Assembly: GCA_025361865.1 (NCBI GenBank)
Contig: JANYJH010000294.1
Coordinates: 1 to 24,943 of the forward strand
Length of the DNA: 24,943 nucleotides
Direction: 5' to 3'
Origin: Phragmitibacter sp.
Lineage (GTDB): Bacteria > Verrucomicrobiota > Verrucomicrobiia > Verrucomicrobiales > Verrucomicrobiaceae
The stretch's first letter is position 1. The number at the start of each line of letters is the position of its first letter. The translations under genes and the position numbers were made by a program. Below, in pieces: positions 19,287 through 24,943 of this stretch. The notes under the pieces are model-generated. The model worked only from the letters and a program-made list of their open reading frames with translations, ran no database searches and had not been told where the DNA came from.

Positions 19287-20456
19287 TCATTCTTTAAAGT
19301 GGATGCCATGCGCCGCGCTGGTGGCCGTGTGAAGGGCTTCCTCGGCGCTATCACCCAGAGCGGTGACGTGGCCCATTTTACGTCCGGGTGAGGCGCGCAG
19401 TTTGCCATAGAGGTGAACCCGTGCGCGGGGGATGGCGAGCGCTTCTCCGATGCCGCAGGGCGCTCCGCTGCCAGTGGTGTTTGCGAGCAGATTAACCATC
19501 GCCGCAGGGCTACGCATTTCCGTATTCCCCAGAGGAAGCCCGAGGATGGCGCGGATGTGGTTTTCAAACTGGGAGCAGTCACAGGCTTCGAGCGTGTAGT
19601 GGCCGGAGTTGTGAACTCGCGGAGCCATTTCATTCACCACCAGTGTGCCATCCTTCAACAGGAAAAACTCAACTCCGAATGTCCCCACGCCGTCCACTTC
19701 ATTCACGGCGCGCAAGGCCATCTGCTTGGCGAGTTTGGTGAGTTCAGAGGAGATGGCCGCCGGAGCGAGCACACTGCTGCAAACATGATTTTCCTGCCGA
19801 GATTCCACCACGGGATAAATGGCCGTCTCACCCGTGCTGCTGCGGGTGACCATCACGGCCAGTTCCATGACAAAGGGGCACCATTTCTCCACATATAAAC
19901 CGGAAGTCAAGCCACCGAGCTTTTTCACTGCTGCATCCAGATCCGCCTCTGCATTCACCGTGCAGTTTCCTGTGCCGTCATAGCCGAGCGTGCGTCGTTT
20001 GAGAACGAACGGATAGCCCACGGCGCGGGCAGCATCGGTCAGCTCTTGGGTGGAAGCGATGGCCTGGAACTCCACCACCGGAATACCCGCCTGACTCAGC
20101 GTTTGTTTCTGCACGAGCTTATCCTGAACCAGCCGCATGGTCTTGGAGGAAGGCAGCACCGTGTGGCCGCGCTGCTCAAGATCAGCGAGCAAGTTCGCAT
20201 CCACGAACTCATTCTCCAGCGTGATGACATCCGCATCCTGCGCGAAGGCTCGTAGCGTCTCAGGATCAGCCCAATCTCCTACGCAGCATTCGGCAACGGC
20301 GTGCTTCGCCGGACATACTGACGATGAGGCCAATACGCGAACGCTAATCCCAAGCTGCGACGCGGCCCGAGCCAGCATGAGGGCGAGCTGGCCACCGCCG
20401 AGGATGCTGATGGTGATGTATCGAGGAGGGTCAGTGTTGATGAAAACGCGGTGCAT
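19287..20456 (-). CDS. purK: N5-carboxyaminoimidazole ribonucleotide synthetase (ATP-grasp)
   Basis: ILGGGQLALMLA N-terminus, ATP-grasp motifs and a PurK-like C-terminus. It lies 6 nt upstream of purE on the same strand. Confidence 0.94.
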   Translation of the reverse strand: MHRVFINTDPPRYITISILGGGQLALMLARAASQLGISVRVLASSSVCPAKHAVAECCVGDWADPETLRAFAQDADVITLENEFVDANLLADLEQRGHTVLPSSKTMRLVQDKLVQKQTLSQAGIPVVEFQAIASTQELTDAARAVGYPFVLKRRTLGYDGTGNCTVNAEADLDAAVKKLGGLTSGLYVEKWCPFVMELAVMVTRSSTGETAIYPVVESRQENHVCSSVLAPAAISSELTKLAKQMALRAVNEVDGVGTFGVEFFLLKDGTLVVNEMAPRVHNSGHYTLEACDCSQFENHIRAILGLPLGNTEMRSPAAMVNLLANTTGSGAPCGIGEALAIPRARVHLYGKLRASPGRKMGHVTALGDSAEEALHTATSAAHGIHFKE

Positions 20457-20467
20457 GGAGTGATGAC

Positions 20468-21160
20468 TTAGCTCTGGCTGAAGAACTCCACAAGTCCAGT
20501 GTCCAGGTGGTATATTCCTCCTGTGATGAGGAGTTTTCCTTCAAGCTCCATCTTCGCCAAAATGGGACTTTGCCTGCGGATGGCAGCCATAACCTGCTTC
20601 ACATTCTCTGCTGCCACCTCGTCCTCGAAGGCCGCGCCAGTGTGCTTGATTTTCGGGTCGGATGAAACCTTGCGGACGGCTGGTTTGATCTTGGCCAAAA
20701 GCCCGGTTACATGACCAAGTTTTGCGTTTGAGCAAGCACCGCCCACCGCTCCGCAACGGGTGTGACCAACAATGACGACAGCTTTTGCGCCTGCTTTCGC
20801 CGTTGCGAATTCCAAGCTTCCCAGCACGTCATCGTTGAGCACATTGCCCGCGACTCTGGCGCTGAAAATATCGCCGATGCCCTGATCGAAGATGAGTTCA
20901 CTGGAAGCGCGAGAGTCAATGCAGCCCAGGACCGCTGCGATGGGATGCTGGCCGGATGAGGTTTTCTTGACCTGAGCGACGAGATCACGATGGATGCTGT
21001 GTCCTGAGGCAAAGCGGGCATTGCCCTCCTTTAAAGTCGTCAGAGCCTGCTGCGGGGTGATTGCGGCTTGTGAATCCTTGGTTTGAACCTTGGAGGTGGC
21101 GCAGCTAATCAGGTTGGATGTGGCGATGATAGCCAGTGCCATGTGGAAATGATGTTTCAT
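20468..21160 (-). CDS. Beta-class carbonic anhydrase, predicted lipoprotein
   Basis: Beta-CA Zn-ligand motifs CIDSR and HTRCG plus the GHSIHRDL region. The N-terminus MKHHFHMALAIIATSNLISCATS is a signal peptide with lipobox LISC. The track ORF extends upstream to 21469 through non-coding frame; the ATG at 21160 was chosen. Confidence 0.88.
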   Translation of the reverse strand: MKHHFHMALAIIATSNLISCATSKVQTKDSQAAITPQQALTTLKEGNARFASGHSIHRDLVAQVKKTSSGQHPIAAVLGCIDSRASSELIFDQGIGDIFSARVAGNVLNDDVLGSLEFATAKAGAKAVVIVGHTRCGAVGGACSNAKLGHVTGLLAKIKPAVRKVSSDPKIKHTGAAFEDEVAAENVKQVMAAIRRQSPILAKMELEGKLLITGGIYHLDTGLVEFFSQS

Positions 21161-21186
21161 TATTTTGCTCGTTATTGGTTGGGTTG

Positions 21187-22167
21187 TTACATGTGCAGAA
21201 GAAACTTGGCGAACCCGTGGTAAAGCGGGATGCCGAAGACGATGTTGAAGGGGAAAGTCATCGCTAGGGAAGAGGTGAAGTAGAGCGCGGGGCTGGCCTT
21301 CGGCAGTGCGATACGCACGGCGGCGGGCGCGGCGATGTAGGAGGCGCTTGCCGCCAGCGTGGCCAGAACCGTGATGCCGCCGAGGCCGAGGCCGCTCCAG
21401 AGACCGAGCACAGCCCCGATGAAGCCGTGGAGGATCGGCATCAGAATCGCAAAGGCCACCAGCCGCCATCCGACCGTCTTCAGGTCATGCAATTTCCGTC
21501 CGGTAATGAGGCCGACTTCCAGCAAGAACAGCGTGAGAACGCCTTTGAACGGCGCATCGAAGAGAGGCGCGACTTGATCAAATCCCTTATGTCCGGTGAG
21601 CAAGCCGATGGCCAAGCCACCGAGCAGTAAGATGATTCCCTTCCCCGTCAGCAGGTCGTGGAGCAGGTGCTTGAATCCACCGGAAGCAGAGCTGTTGTCA
21701 CTGCTTTTTCTCATGGCCAGAAACACCGCGACGATGATGGCGGGGGCTTCCATCACGGCCAGTAGCGCGGGGATGAAGCCTTCCACGGGGATCTTCGCAT
21801 TCTCCAAAAAGGCCAAGGCCGCGCTGAAGGTGACGGCTGAGACGGAGCCGTAATGCGCCGCGATAGCTCCTGCATTGATAGAGTCCAGTCTGACAAATCC
21901 TTTCAGCACGTAAAAGCTCCAGATGGGAATGGCGATGCTCAGCAGGATGGCGCTCAGCAGTGGCCCGCCCACCACCATGAGGCTCACGCCTTCCAGCTTC
22001 ATTCCACCCTTCAATCCGATGGCGAAGAGCAGGTAGATGGTCAGTGCGGATTGCAGCTCCTCAGGGAATTTCAGATCGCTCTTCAGTAATGTGGCGATGA
22101 TGCCCAGAGCGAAGGCGAGGACCATGGGGGAAAGCAGGCTGGTGGAGAGGGATTGAAGGAGTTCCAT
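21187..22167 (-). CDS. sbtA: SbtA-like sodium-dependent bicarbonate permease family (DUF897/Sbt_1) membrane protein
   Basis: About 10 predicted TM helices in two halves. Recalled similarity to cyanobacterial SbtA blocks (SPMVLAFALGII...IGLKGG; AHYGSVSAVTFSAALAFLE...PALLAVMEAPAIIVAVFLA). It lies directly upstream of the beta-CA on the same strand. Confidence 0.75.
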   Translation of the reverse strand: MELLQSLSTSLLSPMVLAFALGIIATLLKSDLKFPEELQSALTIYLLFAIGLKGGMKLEGVSLMVVGGPLLSAILLSIAIPIWSFYVLKGFVRLDSINAGAIAAHYGSVSAVTFSAALAFLENAKIPVEGFIPALLAVMEAPAIIVAVFLAMRKSSDNSSASGGFKHLLHDLLTGKGIILLLGGLAIGLLTGHKGFDQVAPLFDAPFKGVLTLFLLEVGLITGRKLHDLKTVGWRLVAFAILMPILHGFIGAVLGLWSGLGLGGITVLATLAASASYIAAPAAVRIALPKASPALYFTSSLAMTFPFNIVFGIPLYHGFAKFLLHM

Positions 22168-22220
22168 GAGTGTTGTGTGGGTGTGAGGCTTGCGAACAGG
22201 ATGTTTCTGGTGTTTATTTA

Positions 22221-22256
22221 CATGAATCTAAATACATGAGCTCTAATTCATGTATT
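22221..22256. promoter_or_regulatory. Palindromic operator-like site in divergent sbtA / wHTH-regulator promoter region
   Basis: Perfect 9-bp inverted repeat AATACATGA-N8-TCATGTATT, with an additional CATGAAT/ATTCATG half-site copy just upstream. The region is AT-rich, in the 120-bp gap between divergent genes. Confidence 0.5.
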
Positions 22257-22287
22257 GCATTACAGTTCTTTAACGTCAATCCGAAAA

Positions 22288-22608
22288 ATGAAAAAATCTG
22301 AGACACCGCGCCCAGAGCCTTCTGGTTGGACCTTCTTCACGAACCATGCGCATGTGCTGCTATGCCTGGCTTCTGATCCAGAGATGCGATTACGTGACCT
22401 CGCCGCCACCGTCGGCATTACAGAACGCGCCGTTCACAAGGTGGTTTCAGAGCTGGAAGAGGGCGGCGTGCTGGAGCGGGAAAAACAGGGACGGCGGAAC
22501 GTCTATACCATTCACGGTAAGCTTCCGCTGCGGCATCCGGTGGAGTCGCACTGCACGGTGCGGGGACTCATCAAGTTCGTGATTGAATCACGCCCCAAGC
22601 CCCGCTGA
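22288..22608 (+). CDS. Winged-helix (MarR/ArsR-like) transcriptional regulator
   Basis: ~107 aa with an HTH-like segment LRDLAATVGITERAVHKVVSELEEGGVLEREKQGRRNVY. It is divergent from sbtA. The track start at 22255 is TTG and overlaps the palindrome; the ATG at 22288 was preferred. Confidence 0.68.
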   Translation: MKKSETPRPEPSGWTFFTNHAHVLLCLASDPEMRLRDLAATVGITERAVHKVVSELEEGGVLEREKQGRRNVYTIHGKLPLRHPVESHCTVRGLIKFVIESRPKPR

Positions 22609-22703
22609 GCTTCTTGCGCAAAATCGATTGGCAGTCCCTGAGTGGTCCGCTTTGAGCATTTTTCAATGCTTGCCTTGAACTAAGGAAAGGATAAACTTGG
22701 GCC

Positions 22704-22928
22704 ATGACACCGTTGATTGATCGTATCACGTTTAACCCCAAACAATGCGGTGGGCGTCCGTGTATTCGCGGGATGCGCATTCGTGTCAGTGACGTGCTTG
22801 ATCTTTTCGCATCTGGATTGGATGCTGTTCAGATTCTTGATGAGATGCCAGATTTGGAATCAGATGACATCAAGGCTTGTCTCGCATTTGCCAGTCGTCG
22901 TATAGACCATCCGCTTTTGGCTGCATGA
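22704..22928 (+). CDS. DUF433-family protein (antitoxin-like partner)
   Basis: ITFNPKQCGGRPCIRGMRIRVSDVLDLFASGLDAVQILDEMPDLESDDIKACLAFA matches the DUF433 consensus (G-x-P-x-I-x-G-T-R-I-x-V ... P-x-L-x-x-x-D-I). A strong SD (AAGGAAAGGA) lies upstream. Confidence 0.8.
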   Translation: MTPLIDRITFNPKQCGGRPCIRGMRIRVSDVLDLFASGLDAVQILDEMPDLESDDIKACLAFASRRIDHPLLAA

Positions 22929-23260
22929 TTCTTTGGGTAGATGCTCAATTATCGCCGCGAATTGCTCGCTGGATTACTGATCATAATCCCAACGTCACTG
23001 CACTGGCGCTTCGAGAGATAGGACTGCGAGATGCGGAAGATGAGGTGATCTTTGCTGCCGCTCGCGCTGCCAATGTGATCGTGCTGACGAAAGACAGCGA
23101 CTTCATCCACTTGCTGGAAATATATGGTAGCCCACCGAAGATTCTCTGGCTCACCTGCGGCAACACATCCGATGCTGTATTGCAGGAGCTTCTAGGACTG
23201 CATCTTTCCACCGCGCTCAGCTTCTTGGCTGATGGTGAAGATTTGGTAGAGATAGGTTAA
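22925..23260 (+). CDS. DUF5615-family PIN-like protein (toxin-like partner of DUF433)
   Basis: Starts MILWVDAQLSPRIARWI...VIVLTKDSDF, typical of the small PIN-like DUF5615 proteins paired with DUF433. Its ATG overlaps the DUF433 stop (ATGA). Confidence 0.72.
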   Translation: MILWVDAQLSPRIARWITDHNPNVTALALREIGLRDAEDEVIFAAARAANVIVLTKDSDFIHLLEIYGSPPKILWLTCGNTSDAVLQELLGLHLSTALSFLADGEDLVEIG

Positions 23261-23278
23261 AGGCGGAGGCCAATATAC

Positions 23279-24565
23279 TCAAGGTAACTGCGGCTTGCTC
23301 CCGAGGCACCAGAGGGTCTTCTCCGTTCTGACGAAGAGATGATTCCAAGCGATGGCGGGCGTTGAGTTAATGGGCGCGTCGAGTTTGCTGGCTCCCAGCA
23401 GTTCAAATTTAGGGCCAGCTTTGACGACGATGACATCGCCGGTTTGAGAGCAGCAGAAGATCTTGCCGTCGCCTGCGATGGGGCTACTGAAGAACTTGGC
23501 GCTGTTGCCCGTGGCTCCGCTGAGGCGCTCGCTGTAAACCTCGGAACCGGTCTTCAGATCGAAGCAGGTGAAGATGCCGCCGTCGTTGAGCAGATACATT
23601 TCACCGCCAATGATGAGCGGGGTGGGGACGTAGGGCAGACCTTTCTTGATCTCAAAGACGACGGCGGGGGCTTCGCCTGCATTCCCGAGTTTCAGCGCGG
23701 CGGATTCCTGACCGTTGCCGCCTTGGCCCATCGTTCCGAAGATGAAGTTATCCTGAAGGGCGATGGAGCCGACGGAGCGCATTTTGTAACCGGGATTGTG
23801 CTGCCAGTTGACGTTGCCCGTGGCGGCATCGAGCCCGACGAAGCCGCTGGTGCTATCAGCGATGATGACTTCTTTGCCCTTGGCGGTGTCGCGCACGACA
23901 GGAGTGCTGAAGGCGGTTTTGCTGGCGGGTAGGACGTGCTTCCACTTGGTCGCGCCCGTGGCAGCATCAAGCCCGAGGATGCTGTTTTCCTTCGCGCTGG
24001 ATTCGCTTTTGCCATCTTCTCCAGCCTGTTCATTGCGGACGATCAAGATGCCGTTCACGACGATGGGCGAGGCTCCGTAGCCGTGCTCGTGATCGAAGAG
24101 CGCGAGGTTATCGCGCTTCCAAACTACCTTGCCAGTGTGGTCCAAGGCGAGCGCGTCGATTTGATCACCGTTCGCCCAGACGATGTAAACGCGCGCTTCA
24201 TCCACGAAGGGCGTGGTGGAGGCGTAGGAGTTGAACTTGTGCTTCTTGTGGGCCTGGAAGGGGGCTTCGTAGCTCCAGAGGGTTTTGCCAGTGCCTGCAT
24301 TCAGGCAGAGCACGGCGCGCTTGCCTTCACTGGACTCATCCATAACGAAGAGCTTTTCTTTGAAGAAGACGGGTGAGGACCAGCCTGCGCCGAGATCCAC
24401 TTTCCAAGTGGTCGTGGCCGCGTCGAAAGTCGTGGGCAAGCCTTTGGCTTCAGCCACGCCAGTGCCGTTCGGTCCCCGGAAGCGCGACCATTCTTCTGCG
24501 TGAACGGACAGGGCAGATGCGCTGAGGGCCAGGAGGACGAGGAAGGAGAGGGGTTGATGTTTCAT
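23279..24565 (-). CDS. PQQ-repeat beta-propeller protein, secreted
   Basis: Signal peptide MKHQPLSFLVLLALSASALSVHA. It has repeated W-x-x-x-x-G / G-x-V-Y-x-x-x-x-D-G-x-L-x-A-x-D-A-x-T-G-x-x-x-W motifs (LDAATGATKWK, LDAATGNVNWQ, FDLKTGSEVY) characteristic of PQQ/BamB-like propellers. Confidence 0.85.
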   Translation of the reverse strand: MKHQPLSFLVLLALSASALSVHAEEWSRFRGPNGTGVAEAKGLPTTFDAATTTWKVDLGAGWSSPVFFKEKLFVMDESSEGKRAVLCLNAGTGKTLWSYEAPFQAHKKHKFNSYASTTPFVDEARVYIVWANGDQIDALALDHTGKVVWKRDNLALFDHEHGYGASPIVVNGILIVRNEQAGEDGKSESSAKENSILGLDAATGATKWKHVLPASKTAFSTPVVRDTAKGKEVIIADSTSGFVGLDAATGNVNWQHNPGYKMRSVGSIALQDNFIFGTMGQGGNGQESAALKLGNAGEAPAVVFEIKKGLPYVPTPLIIGGEMYLLNDGGIFTCFDLKTGSEVYSERLSGATGNSAKFFSSPIAGDGKIFCCSQTGDVIVVKAGPKFELLGASKLDAPINSTPAIAWNHLFVRTEKTLWCLGSKPQLP

Positions 24566-24644
24566 GAGAAGCTCGGGGTAGATTGCAATCTAACGTGTCG
24601 GACATTGGTGACATTTCCAAGGATGTCTTATAAGTGACTGGTTG

Positions 24645-24943
24645 CTATTGATCGTCGAGGTGAAGCGCGCCTTCCAGTTCAGGTTGTTCAATAGTCGCTA
24701 GTTTCCAATCGCCGGGCTTCCAGCCTTCTTTCTTCCAGACGAAGACAAAGGGCTGCTTCAGGTGGTTCACGGTGTCCACGACCATCTGGCTGACGCCTGC
24801 GCCGTTGCCACTTATTTTGAAGATGGCAGCGGCCTTCGCGGTCTTTCCGTCCACGCTGACTTCAAGGAATTTCGTGTCGATGTTGAAAATGAAGAAGGCG
24901 CCGAGAAGCTGCTTCATGCAGCCAAGGGCTTGTTCACGCGGCT
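24645..24943 (-). CDS. NTF2-like/SnoaL-like (DUF4440-type) protein, N-terminus beyond window
   Basis: The minus-strand frame is open to the window edge upstream of the listed M. The C-terminal FVFVWKKEGWKPGDWKLATIEQPEL resembles the terminal beta-strands of NTF2-like small proteins. Confidence 0.55.
   Translation of the reverse strand, partial: PREQALGCMKQLLGAFFIFNIDTKFLEVSVDGKTAKAAAIFKISGNGAGVSQMVVDTVNHLKQPFVFVWKKEGWKPGDWKLATIEQPELEGALHLDDQ

Noticed and set aside
22640-22660. AT-rich hairpin AGCATT-tttc-AATGCT downstream of the regulator gene
   Set aside because: The stem is short and AT-only, with no following T-run. It is more likely coincidental or part of the DUF433 promoter.

Overview
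This 24.9 kb window looks like chromosomal DNA from a GC-rich (~58-60%) Gram-negative bacterium. The gene content and protein style suggest a Verrucomicrobia/Planctomycetes-like organism, but that is an inference. Coding density is high on both strands. Starting from the left, there is (i) the 3' part of a very large secreted repeat protein with thrombospondin-type-3-like DxDxDG calcium-binding repeats. Its last ~900 nt and the tightly coupled downstream gene sit in a sharply AT-richer block (~38-45% GC, roughly 1085-2820). (ii) An M29 aminopeptidase. (iii) A LuxR-type response regulator translationally coupled (ATGA overlap) to a hybrid sensor kinase with a periplasmic solute-binding-like domain and a PAS domain. 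(iv) A cell-wall cluster: LysM lipoprotein, AmiC-like amidase and convergent murI. (v) A 670-bp gene-poor intergenic region containing GNRA-tetraloop hairpins and a Cys4 mini-ORF. (vi) A flotillin-like SPFH protein plus a DUF3592 membrane protein. (vii) folD, a DUF374 acyltransferase-family gene and xylulokinase on the minus strand. (viii) A glyoxalase-family gene, a BrnT/BrnA toxin-antitoxin pair and NAD-dependent DNA ligase ligA. (ix) A same-strand block sbtA-like bicarbonate permease, lipoprotein beta-carbonic anhydrase, purK, purE, with a divergent winged-helix regulator and a perfect palindrome in the shared promoter. (x) A DUF433/DUF5615 TA-like pair. (xi) A PQQ beta-propeller protein and a partial NTF2-like gene. 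I found no CRISPR array, rRNA, convincing tRNA, or transposase/integrase gene. The most unusual items are the low-GC toxin/immunity-like 3' cassette at the left end, the bicarbonate-supply module linked to purKE, and the structured intergenic region upstream of the flotillin operon. The ORF track uses GTG/TTG as M, so several listed starts were moved to the first plausible ATG. Exact starts remain uncertain by a few codons.
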